Source: Paragordius varius
Taxonomy: Eukaryota; Animalia; Nematomorpha
Length of the DNA stretch: 64,000 nucleotides
Direction: 5' to 3'
Assembly: GCA_964247055.1 (NCBI GenBank)
Contig: OZ176051.1
Span: 14,632,001 to 14,696,000 of the forward strand
Both the position numbers and the translations under genes were made by a program. Below are positions 50,336-63,171 of the stretch, in pieces. Position 1 is the stretch's first letter; the number at the start of each line of letters is the position of its first letter. The notes beneath the pieces are model-generated. The model did no database searches, was not told the origin of the DNA, and saw nothing but the letters and a program-made list of their open reading frames with translations.

Positions 50336-53300
50336 AACTTAGAGATTCCCTTACCCATGATGACTGAAATTTTTATTGATAAAGAGATAAAGTAACATTT
50401 TATGGATTTTAACTATTTAAATGACATATCATTTGCAATTCAAGAGTGGCCTCATTTCAAGTCGGACCTTAAAATTTTAGTTTTGATTTAACCATAATTT
50501 TGCATTATTTTTATTATTTTTTAATCTAATTTTCTATATAATTACATATTTATTAATTTAAAAAAGAATTTATTCAAAAAAACACTTTTTTATTACAAAC
50601 TATTTTTTTCAAATTCAACAGAATTAATTGTATATGTATTTTAATGAAAAACATAATTAATAACCCACAAAACTTTTATGTTTATAAATTACGTAAATCT
50701 TTAAAAAATGAAATAATAGAAGATATAAGGTTTCCAAATGATTAAAGATGGATAATGTAAAGTTTATGTTAAATAAAGAAAATAAATTAAAAATGATAAA
50801 GTAAATGATGAGACACAATTTGATTAAAAAAGTCAAAAAGAAAAAAAGTTAAAAAGCCAACTTGAAGTGTTGATGATACTCTTGACGTGCAAATGGTATA
50901 TGCAATACAAACATATATATATATATATATATTATCATTTTACAAATATTCAGTAGTAATATAAATAAAACATAATAATCTATGTACTAAAACGTACATC
51001 CTCAACCTAGGATATAAGCTTAAATTGAATTGAAACCGGTTAAAATCAGTTAAACTACCCTGGCTCCAAAAACAACAATTAAGAGCACCCTGATTTTATG
51101 ATTTATACATTGGAAATGTGATATAAAAATTATATTTTTAACATATTTTACATTAAATAGACTATAAAAACGCAAATCCCGCCTAAATTATATTCAAGAG
51201 CATTGCTAAAAACTAAAAGTTTATTATTTTTAATAAATATCAAATGGAGTACATTTCAAGGATAAGGGCAAATTTTTACTTGAAATAAAATTTTTTATTT
51301 TTATATATAATATTTATAAAAATTTGCCCGGAAGATGTAATCTCAAAAGTTTAAATACTTTCTTTAAACAATGTTTTAATTTAAATTTTCTTGATTAAAC
51401 ATATTTATCTTGTTTTGATAAAAAAATCTTATTGGTATAAAACCCTAAATCGGATAAATCTTTGAGTGTGATATTATTACCAAATGCTCTTAAATAATTC
51501 GTAAATGACACAATAATAGGTAAATTTAAAATCAAAATTAGATTGACTATCACTTATCTCAACTGGTTACTCCCTGAATCTAAAGAGTCCGTTTATAGGT
51601 TTTTAGCATAAATTTTTTAACTTTATTTATGAACTTACTCAAATATTTATTATAAATTATAACTAAATTTGTTAATGTGTTAAATTTTAACAAAAACACC
51701 TTAATATGTTACAGTAACCAATTTTAATTTCATGTGTTTACCAAAAATTTTAGCTTATTTTAACAAAGTTATTTAAAGCAAATAAATTTTAGTGTCACAA
51801 AAAAAACATTATCGACTAAAAGCATGGATGATAATATCTATTATAATTATTTTTTATATACAATTTGAATGATTATTACTATATAATATCTAAAATAATT
51901 ATTTTTAAAATCGAAAACCATTTTTTTGGAACCGTGTTTTGCAAAATTCTAATACCATTTCTGGGAAATTTACATTTTCAAAACCATCTTGTTTCCACCA
52001 ACATTGTGAGAATCAAGATTTTATTTTAGTTTTAGTTTTTTTACAACAGGCCGATCCTACCTCCAATCCTTCGTTCCGTTAGTCCTCATTTTTATTTACA
52101 AATTTTTATTAACTTTTTTTCTTATCGTAAGAGTTTTGATTAAATAAATACAATTCTGACAACTAAACAAAGGGTCATATCCATGATTTTATAATGTCTC
52201 TTTTTTCATAATTTAGTGCTCATTCTATTGGTGCTTTTTTGGGCGCGATCGTGTCCCACGGATTTGAAATGATTAAAAGTTAGCCTTATTTTATTTAATA
52301 TTGTATCTAAAATAATTAAAGTATTTACAAAAGACATTTGTTTAGTGTTTACAATGATCGATCCCTTATATACAAAATTCATAGAAACTTTTCAAAACGT
52401 TGTTACCGTCATAGGGGTAATAATCATTAACCTGACTAGCGTTTTGGCTTAAAAAATTTGTATAAGTTAAAATTTATTTAGGGTTAATTTTCTTTTTATC
52501 GAGTATAGGGGACCACTAAAAGTTTCAAAATAATGACATTAAAATTCGTATATTAGGAACTATATTTAGTTATCATAATAATCCATAAAACTTATTTTCC
52601 CAAAGATAACTCGCGTAAAAATCGTTAGTTTGTCTTGTCTACTATACGGTAAAAAGGAAATTAATTCAATTCACACTCCATCCATTATTTGATTTGTTTA
52701 TTGCATTTTTTGATAAGATTACGTTTCGAAATTTGTAAATCTAAAAATCTTAAAGTTAGTTTTATTTGATTGTAATTAAAAAACACTTTAAAAAAATAAA
52801 AATATAATATAAAAAAGAATTAATGGCTAATTATAATATTTTTGGCGACGAATAAAGCAATAGGTAAAAAACAAGATCAACCAATCATTATTGCTAAAAC
52901 TATAACTTGATTTTCCATAAATAAAAGTTTAACTTTCCAAATTATTTAGAAATAAATTAAATTAAAAAACGGGAAAGATGTTTGACTACATATATATATA
53001 TATATATATAGTATGCATTTTAATGGTTACTTATTTTACCGGCAATTCGCAACACAGTAGTGTCTGAAAAAATAACAAAATGTTAAATTAATTCCTTTCT
53101 TTTCCATAAACTCCTATGTTGCAAATCGCCTAAATATTGTGTGAAATAAGCAACCATCAAAATGCATACTGTATATGGGTGAAATGCAACAATTTAAACT
53201 ATATTAACATGATATGCCAATTATTATGGTTTTCATAACAATAAAAATCCCTTAATTAAATTAAATATATGCTTAATCTTAACCAAAAAATATTAACTGA

Positions 53301-53367
53301 TTGAAAAATGTAAACACTTTTTCATATTAACTCATTCATTTGATAATTAATTACTATACTATAATAG

Positions 53368-53690
53368 CGTTTGGTGGTGATGATCTGATGGAAAAATTTA
53401 CGAATTATATGGCTCCTTTGGTACCCAATAATAAATCATACCATAGGGTATGATTGTTTGTTTATTTATATGATAATATAGGATCATCATTAAAAAGTCG
53501 TAATTCGTTAAACGACATTGATATAAAAATCGATTAAAATGCTATATTTTTATTTTAAAAAATATTAAAAATATATTTTAATTAAATTATTTAGATATAA
53601 TTAAATATTGTTAAAACATGCACATTCTGGGTGTTGATTAAATTAAAATTTTACTATTCTATTTATAGAATTAAATGAATAAATAATTTA

Positions 53691-53744
<54 letters not shown>

Positions 53745-56267
53745 TAGTGGGCCAAATCAAAATATAGTTTATTAATATTTTTGGTAGGGAAAGACACCAA
53801 TTTACGGAATCTAAAAAAATGGAGGTACCGTTTCATATAGGGATAAGAGCCCAAAAAACAGTTTTAGATCATCGGCTGTTTTTGATTTTGTTATGAATCA
53901 ATAACATTAGACAATAATGTGTGTCCATAGGCTTCGATATTTTAATATGCGACAAATTTTTGAAATAAATTGTTTATATGGAGTTTTCGTTAATTGAATA
54001 TTTGTCTAAAACACTGGCTCATTTTTATTAAAATTAAGTTATTATTTAACCTGTTCGATTGGATGGCATATAAACTTGTTAATCAAAGAACTTCAAAAAT
54101 ATATTGTCAAGTTGTGTTTACTCAGAAGAATAATATTTAAATATTTTATTATATTTACTTAAAGCTCAAGTATATACTGTGCCAGTTCAGGTCCCAAACG
54201 GTTAAATTACCTATCTTTTAGATCAAAGGATAAGCTAATATGCATCTAAGTTTTGACACTGTCCAAATCCCATAATTTTTACGAAATTTTCGTAATACTT
54301 TTGATTCTTTTTAAAAAAATCTGTTAAATCACAACCCAAGCTTATTGAAAACAAGTTTAAAAAATATTGCATGTTTAGGCCAGTGGTATTCACCAAAAAA
54401 ATTTGACGGGCCAAATAAAATATATTTTTTTTCCGAGGGCCAGGAACCTAATAATGGCAAATATTCTATAGCTATTTGACACATATAGACATATTTATAC
54501 TAAATCAGCACAATAAATTTTTTGCGGATCGCATTTAAATCCAGCTAAAAACTCGTTTTGCACCATTTAAAAAATTAAAATATTTCGTTAACATTTATTT
54601 TGATATTAACCAATAATTTTTGACAAATATGCTTCCGCCTCATGACAGGCCAATCTTAATAGGTCGTCCATATGATCATCGGTTTAGCGATTTCTGTATG
54701 TATGCTTGACATGCTTCTTTTTTGAATATGCCGTCTCACACGTGTAAGTTGAGGAAAAAACAATTAGGATGACTTGAGCATATTTTTTATATTTTCATAT
54801 TTATTTGGCACATCTTACCAAAACTCTACATATATTTCTTCTCTACGATTCTCCTTGAATATAGCCTCCAAATTAGAATAATTTATTAAATCTACGAATT
54901 CTTTAATGATATGCGCCTGATCAAAACCGAAATGCTCAATTTGCTTAATATTGGATATCCATATGCCATGGATTTTCAACGAGTTTTAAGCAATTTAATA
55001 TTTCTTAATTCTTGAAATCTGAATTTCATCTCATTAAAATGTTATATGATTGTCTATTATTAAATTAATCTTCACGGTAAATTCCATATTTTCTTTATGA
55101 ATAGATTTAAGTGTTGGAAAATATAGGAGTTATTTATAAAATTTTGTTTATATATTATAAATTTTTCGTCAAACGCAGATATTTTATTAGCGAATTTAGT
55201 TATTATTTTGCTCCCTTGAAGACTTGTTTAAAAATACTAAATTTATAGGTAATGTCGCAAAGGTAGGCTAATAAAACCCATCATTTTATCAATTACCCCG
55301 TCATACTTTCTGTTTACTTCTATAAATAAAAAAATTTCATGCCTTAAAACAAAAAATCTATTTATTTTTTGTCAACGGTTTACAAAAGAATATCATCAAC
55401 TGTGGATATATTTGAATTTTGAATTTACGGCGGTTGAATACTCTGTCGCAGATGTGGTTATCAATATCCTATCGTTTCTTTTCTAATGATTTTCTGGTAT
55501 TATATGAAAATGATGTATTGTAAATTGTCTGTTTTTATTTAAAACGACAAAGAATTTTTCTTCCCATTCTTTTCTAAGGGTGCGATTTTCATCGGATAAT
55601 TTACGTTTTTAGCATTAGATGTCATTCTTTAAATTTGTGTTTAAATATTATGTTATTTTTTTTAAAATATTAGGAATATAATTCTAATTATGCATCAAAA
55701 AACAGGTCGAAATTTAATGAAGTTGACTTGAAAAATATTTTATGGAAAGTTTTAAAAAATGATGCAGGATAGCAATGAAAAGAATATGTTTATGCAAGTT
55801 GGGGTGAAAGGCTGCTTAAATACAAAAAAGAAATTCAATAATTCCAAATAGAAAAGAAAATACAGCAGAAACAATGTGTGCCAAAATTTTGAAATCATTT
55901 TAATTAAGGAAATTTTTCTCCATTTCAAATTGGGTAAAATACCAAAATAAAATCTAAAGAAAATAAATTAAAATTATAGTCGAAAATTAGTTTATGTCTA
56001 TTTTAAAAATTCATCGATAAAAATAAAAATTTGGTCATAGGGCAATTTTAAAGCACTCTTAGGGCCCTGTGCCGCGGTTTGAGTATCACTGGTTTAGGCT
56101 ATTGTGATCATAAGTATTCTATAACAATTCTTATAGGCTGGCTTCTTCAAATCCATTTGTTAGGATTATTCCTTATATGCAAACACTATATTGATGGAAT
56201 AACATCTACGATTCCTAGGGCTCTAAATCAATAATTATAATAATATAAATTAAAAATTTGTTAAATA

Positions 56268-56304
<37 letters not shown>

Positions 56305-57250
56305 CATTTATAGAACAAACAAGCATTAGTCTATTATTATCCAGATCTTATGCCTACCTTTTTAACCATTTCTGTAATTGATAAGGTATAATTATTATTG
56401 ATACAATTTATTTATAAACTCTCCAAATACTAAAAAAAATTTTACGTTTCCATAACAAATATTAAGGTTCGTTTGTACGTATTGAAAATATTTAAATTGG
56501 ATATAAAAAGTATGAAAAAATATTTTTGGGGTGTAAAACACAGTAAAGAGAAGCAAGCACTATTATAGGCCCAATCTGTATATTAAATATGGCTAAAGGA
56601 TTAATTAATTTACATATCAGTAGCTTTATATGAGATTTTTCATTTTCATTAGCATATTTAAATTTAAATGATATTAAAAAAGCCTCCAAAATTATATAAT
56701 TTATTAAAATAAATATTAAACCGTTGTACGGTGGTACATTTTAAGGAAGTAATTATTTTTATTAAAATTTTTTTAAAATATGTTTGCTTGTTTATTTATT
56801 TTAGACTTTCCAACATTTTTATCCAAGAGATGGCGACGTAAAACCTTACAAGGCTGGATATTTGAAACATTTTACCAAAAAACAACTAGTTCATATATCT
56901 TATGCTCAAGTACGCATTTAAAAGATTGATAACTTTAAGAACATAAAATTGCCTTTTTGGTTTTATTTGTGGAGAACAAAATAAAATATATTTTTATTTA
57001 TAAGCTAAATAAATAAACTTATTCTAAATATCTATCCCATCCTGACTAATATAATTTTGAAAGCTTTTTATATTTGGATATTAAATATGTCATATAAGCG
57101 TACAAAAGGACTCAAGTATTTCAATAAAACAATGTTTTCAAACAGGGTTACGCCCTCAAATAGAGCCGTATATTCTTTAAGTTTAATGGGAAGGCGCAAC
57201 AAAAATGTTAAGTATTATTTTACAGGATAGTTTTTGGATATGAAATTATC
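53368..57250 (+). pseudogene. Exon relics of another M13-like paralog (or the distal end of the 31-49 kb gene)
   Basis: Clean 105-nt exon 56805-56909 TFQHFYPRDGDVKPYKAGYLKHFTKKQLVHISYAQ (cf. LPGLxxTxEQLFFISYAQ); clean 80-nt exon 53368-53447; GPNQNIVY*Y at ~53748 resembles GPNRSLIYNY of the 43936 exon. Confidence 0.5.
54381..56091 (-). mobile_element. Internally deleted hAT (Charlie/SPIN-type)
   Basis: TIR cagtggtattca / tgagtatcactg; perfect TSD GTTTAGGC; minus-strand remnants MTSNAKKRKLSDENRTLRKEWEEKFF (~55600) and FSSTYTCETAYS...RNR*TDDHMDDLLRLA (~54700). Confidence 0.92.
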
Positions 57251-58552
57251 TTAAGATAAACTTAGAATATCAAATTTTGATTATTTAAGTGTGGCGTTTT
57301 TGCTAATCTATTTACCTATAATACTTGTGTTAATTCACTTTTAGAATTTATATATCGACTAATAGAGTTAGGCTGACCGGCTAAAACTAATAACCGGTTT
57401 GGTCACATTGAAATGAAGAGGAATCAAAAAGAAATGATTTTCAATTTTTAAAAAAAATAAAATTTCACGTTTCAGCATTTATGAAAGGACATGATATTAG
57501 TGTTTTCAGTTATTATAAACTGTCACAGTTTGGGAATGCTCTATTCCACTACTTTAACCTATCTATCCGTAATTTATAATATTTTTGATTTACATATTAT
57601 TAATTGGAGGTAATTTTTTTATAAAATTGCAAAGAATGAAAAAGAATTGCATAAGAAATATAAAGTGGAAAGAATCAGTGTCATTGTAAATTGTTAAAGG
57701 GTCGTTTCGACTTATGAAATCATGGACCTTATATGATAGAGAGCCCCCCGCCCTTTAACATAGAGAAATTAGACGAAAAGCAGCTTCAATGTTGGAAATA
57801 TCATTAAGAAGCATGATTGTATTTTGGCTTAGTGAGTGCGCAGATTGGATACATATATTCTAAAATAATCTTTGCGCATTTAATTATAAATGATAAGTGA
57901 ACTTTAAACATATTTAGAGTATGCATTTTAATTGTTGCTTATTTCACACTATAGAAGGTCTTTTTGCAAAGTAATGTATGGAAAAAACAACAAAATATTT
58001 ATAAACAATTATTTCCTTCCTTTTTCCATATACTCCTTTGTTGCAAATTGCCCTACTAAAGAAATAAGCAACCATTAAAATGCATACTGTATTTAGAAAG
58101 GGTTTAGTTATGACAAAATATCATTAATTTAAAACCCTTATTTATGTAACTCCTCTAATTTTTTATCATTTTTAGATTTGGTGCCATTCGAGTCCTCCAC
58201 ATCCCGACTTAGAAAAATATTACTCTCGAATGTAATTATTTTCTACATAGAATTAAAAAAACTAATTTTGTTCTTTTATTACATAAACTTATTTCTGTGG
58301 CATTTAATCGTATATCAATTTTATATAAATTGGATAATGTGATAATTAATTTTTTAAAAAATAATTTAGTTTGACATTATTAATTACCCTTAATTAAGCT
58401 ATACCAAATTAGAAAAAAGCTTAATATTAAATAGAAAGACATCGAATCAATTTTAATTCTTTGAGATATACAGCAAATTTTAAAATTCGACAATAATAAA
58501 TATCTCAACATATAAATTTATCACTATCTCACATTTTCTGTTTATATTACAA

Positions 58553-58725
58553 GGCCTGATGGTATAGTAGGTAGGGCGACGGACTCTAACTCTGCGTGCC
58601 AGAGTTCGAACCCCGAAACTACGCATTTTTTCCATCATCACTGTCAGCCCTGGACAGGCGAGTGTTAAAGCCTTCACATGTCCGGATACAATTTAAGTCC
58701 TTACCCTTTAATAAAAAAGGAAAAA
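58553..58725 (+). mobile_element. tRNA-derived SINE
   Basis: Pol III A-box-like tggtatagtaggt and B-box agttcgaaccc, followed by an unrelated body and an A-rich tail; no paired acceptor stem. Confidence 0.7.
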
Positions 58726-58764
58726 AGAGACTCTAAACTGTAATATTTTTATTTATTTTATTAC

Positions 58765-59347
58765 ATGATACGACTAAAGCATGTATACTGTACGAATCGA
58801 TTGCAGACACAAGGTAAAAATAACTAATTTTTTCAAAAACAACCATGTCGTTGTAAAATCATAAATAGAGATGCAAATTGGTAAACCAACTCATATGCAA
58901 TTAAAATTATAAATACACAGTTAGTATCAGTCAAAATTCAAAAAATAAGTGGTGGTCTTATTATTGCAACATTCTACGTCCTTTTCTAGATACAACGGCG
59001 CAGCCATACTCAATGCGCACAATAGAAAAACGTTCAGATGTAATGGCACATCAAATGAAAAACCTACCATATCTACACCCAAACCTCGAACTCAAGACAC
59101 TGCAGTTTTACAAAGATTAAATGCAGAAAATATTAATGTACAAAATGCAGGAAACATACAACAACTTCAAAACCAAAAAGCAATTGCACAAAAACCTGAG
59201 GCAATGAATCCGCAGCCCCAAAACCCAATAGGATCCGGTGTAGCTGGAAAAAATTGCAGAAACATAAGCACTTCAGCTCGTACCTCAAAGGCAGAAACTA
59301 TAGATAATATTGATGACGAAGATTCAACACCACAAGGCAATTTATAA
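58765..59347 (+). CDS. Small spliced gene, Gln/Asn/Pro-rich protein of unknown function
   Basis: Tentative exons 58765-58813, 58869-58880 (12 nt), 58921-58948 and 58990-59347 join in frame (MIRLKHVYCTNRLQTQEMQIVSISQNSKNKYNGAAILNAH...). The large exon is GC-richer than its flanks and stop-free. Confidence 0.5.
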
Positions 59348-61906
59348 ATTATCGGGCTTTTACTTTTTAGTATCAAATTTATCCATACTTTTGCTGTTAG
59401 TGATTTGCATTTATCGACAATCATTTGGTAATTTTTTGCTATATACATTATTTTATAAAATTTTGCACAATATTACTACTGCATTATAAAATAAATGGCT
59501 ACAAAATGATATTTTCGATTATTTTTTCACTAATTTTTCTGTCAAAACTGCTATTGTTATTTGATAGAGTTAGGATAAAAGCATTCCAAAACATCTAAAA
59601 TCATTAAATTTAAATAAGCCATAATTATATGTTTAAGTTATAATAAGTTTTTTATTTAACAATGTATGTTTCTAATCAAGATATTATTTTAAAAACATTT
59701 GTGATCTAATTTGGAATAAACATACTACTTTAGAAGTGTCTGAGATTATAAATAGGGATTTGTATGCAAATAAATTTTTTAATTCATTTAATATTAACCT
59801 TGAGCATTGATCACACAGTAGATTACTGAGAATAATCTAATAGATATAGATAATAAATAACTATATAATTATATTTCAACAAGTATATATTTGAAGTTTT
59901 ACAGCTAAAATATTTTTTATCCAATGTTCCTCTTTACTGAATCTATAATTGTTAGTCAAAAAATAATTTTAAAATTTTAATAATATCATTTCACATATTG
60001 ATAATATAAAATAAAGGTTACTAAATATATATTTTTTACAAAAATATTTTTTAAAGAAACGCATGGGTCTCGGCCTGCTGCGCAGACCGAGGAAGTCTGC
60101 GGACTTCTTTAAGGTAATGAACCAACTCCAATCCCTCACCCTAACCCTAGCCCACAAACTCGAAAACCCTAAAATTAAATCTGTATTACAGTAATTGAAA
60201 TATTTTTTGGTTGGTTTTACAATTTAGAATATAATAATGAATGATTTTGAAAGAGCTATCCAAAGGATATCAATTAGCTTTTTCCAAAAGGACTGGAACT
60301 ACTATTTATTCGTGGTTGAGTTAATGATTAAACTACGAACATTGATTCTATCTTTGATAGCCTCAGTTACGCCCCCGTTGGCAGTAATAATGTGACCTAG
60401 ATGTTTGAATTAAACAACTGTTTCATAATCAGATTCATTTTGTATCGTATGGTTGGGAGTGTTTGAAGAGATGTTGCAGGAGCATTTTTGCAAACGCAGT
60501 TTGTATTTGACAATATCTTGAAAAGACCGGAACATTTTTATTTAAAAATTTTGTAGAAACCTAATTAAATATTTTTATTGTAAAAGAATGCTAAAAATTC
60601 TATCAAATAAAATAATTCCATTTATTATCACTTTTTCAATATATATAATTGTAATAATTGTTTGATTTACAATTTGAGCAATAGATTCTGGAAGTAGGTT
60701 ATTTACAAACGTCAGAATACTTTTGGTGCAAGGAAAATTCTATTTTGTAACGAAAATTATATGAATAAAATATACGTGAAACTCAATCTGCCATTAATAT
60801 TATTCTTTACAAATAGAATTTTACTTAAAAAGCTAAATATAGTGTGCAGCAGTAGCACAAAAAGAGCTATTTATATTTCCGATGCTGCCTTCTGTATATT
60901 AAAAGGTCGTTAATTAAATTTATTATCTATAGATTATAAATAGAATATAAACATTTATGCAAAGTAATGTAATAGGAATTTCATAATCAAGGTGTATCAA
61001 GAAAAGGGTGTAGCAGACCCACGTCGCCACTGTCCACAAAAGACGTCCCTTGCTGCCCTTCCAAACACCAGTCAATGGTGGTTCAGTGACAGCCGTCTAG
61101 TTGCGTCGGGGGTCGAGTTGACTTCTAGGGATATAATGATAAGTTTATATAAAGACATGTATGGAATAAAATGAAAATACATTTGGAATTTAAAAGTAAA
61201 ATATATCCTATCGACTATATCCTAAATTTTATACTAAAATTAAAATATAATTGATATTTACAGATAAAATGTATTATATCGACTATAACCAATTTTATAC
61301 TAAAATGAAGATATATTTGGCATTTACAGATAAAATATATCCTATCCACTATATCCTAAATTTTATACTAATGTTTAATAGATCTAATATTCTATAGATA
61401 TTCTAGATTAGTTTAACTGAATGATTTATTATACAACAGTATTTATCTTGTTTAATACGATTTTATAAACCAATATTTTAAATTACCCTATGTGCTATTG
61501 GTATGTATTTCCAGTTGGTATTCATAGAATATTAATATTTAAATCAAATTTTCTCCTATATGATTAACATTTAATTAATATTTAAATCAAATTTTCTCTT
61601 ATATGATTATTTTATAGACCAATAAAATTCAATTTTTATTAATCAATCTCTTAATTAAAATAACTTCTTCCCTTTGTAATATCCTATTATACTGCATTCG
61701 TTTATCTTTAATCTATAAATTACAGTTGTTATTTCCTTTTATAATATAATGACATACCGCATTTTTTTATCTACCAGCATATCAACAGTAAATGGTTAAA
61801 AATCAAACATTTTTTCCCCATAGATATTATATGCATAAAATCTAATTAAGTCATTTAAAATTAGAAGTTTTAAAGGTAAAATAAAAATATAAAATGCTTA
61901 TCTCTA

Positions 61907-62318
61907 AGTTATGCAGGATAGTTCAAGAGGGACTACGTTCAACTTGGTCTTAGCAGCGAGACGAAACGTAAACTTTCCCCCTGTGCCTGTGTCAATCTTT
62001 CCCCCTATACGACTACAGCGGCACGCCCATACAAATGGGGAGCCTAAGTGAGTGCATATAGAGTGACACCTTAGACAAAGCGGTACACATCCCGCTAAGC
62101 TATAGGCTATCCGGGATAGATGGTAACAATTAGCGTCATGCGGTCGTCCAACTAGTACTGGCATGAAGTGGAGTTCTTGGTATGTGCTATATAAAGCTTG
62201 TTGACAGTATTTGTCTATAGTCATAGTATAATTATTATTATAAAGTTATCTGATTATGAGGTATATCATGAGTAAGCAGGTGGGCCATTGGTAAATGCAT
62301 ACTAATTTAATAATAACT
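61907..62318 (+). other. GC-rich non-coding island, solo-LTR-like or structured RNA
   Basis: AGTTA...TAACT ends, a tatataaag box at ~62189 and several small hairpins; no TSD found. Confidence 0.35.
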
Positions 62319-63171
62319 CGAGCTCAAGGTGTGCGGCATTTGTGGCAAAGAATTTTCAATTCGAAATCTTCTGGATCGTTACTCATATAAGATATCCATA
62401 TGCAAAATGTGGAGCTCAGAATAAAAATAAATTAAAAAATGATAACCGTTTCAAGCGCGCTTTATTGGTTTTTTCAGTATTTGCATTTGAAAGTTGCGGA
62501 TTTGTGTATTTATGAAACAGTGAGAAGCATGTGAGAAAAATGAAAGAAAAATAACGAAAATTTTTCAAAAATACAAATTTTTTGATGGACTTAAAAAGTA
62601 CATAGCCTTTATTAGATATACCAACTCTTTGGTATGTTAAATATAAGTCATAAACTACAATATGGAATTCTTACAAATAATTTTTTTATAATATATTTCG
62701 ACAATGTCATAAAATTTACGAATTTCTATTTTGTGGAATAAAATAATTTATCGATACTTTATAATATTTTATGTATTTTTCTTAAGAATATATTAGGTTA
62801 TATATAATATATAAAAGTTTTATCATGTTTGCTCAATAAGTTAAAAAAATATGGACAAAATTTCTAGTCAAAAATGAAAAAATGGAATATTTTTATTTTG
62901 GGGCGCATTTTTGCCCCAAAATTTTTGGGGTCTCTTTTTCCAAGGGATTTCTTATTATTCTAGAAAAAATCATCTTCATCTATTTTTTTACCCCCCTTTT
63001 GCGCACAGAAAACTACAGAGGCTAAATCTTTCCTAAATTATTTTGAAATTTTTTGTTTGATTTTTTTGCAATTATTTACGATTTGATTCAAATACTTTAG
63101 TATAATAATATATATAAGTTTATAATTTAAAGCCACGTATACTAACCCTATGTTTGACCATTAAAATATAT

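Noticed and set aside
53663-53854. 63-aa ORF containing YIYIYI
   Set aside because: Open only because it runs through a (TA)n microsatellite.
58553-58625. tRNA gene
   Set aside because: It has A/B boxes but no complementary acceptor stem, and continues into an unrelated body and A-rich tail, so it is a SINE head.
59167-59448. Minus-strand 93-aa ORF
   Set aside because: Antisense to the better-supported plus-strand exon, which has a canonical acceptor at 58989.
61904-62224. Minus-strand 106-aa ORF
   Set aside because: No recognisable motif or splice context; an open frame is expected by chance in a GC-rich island.
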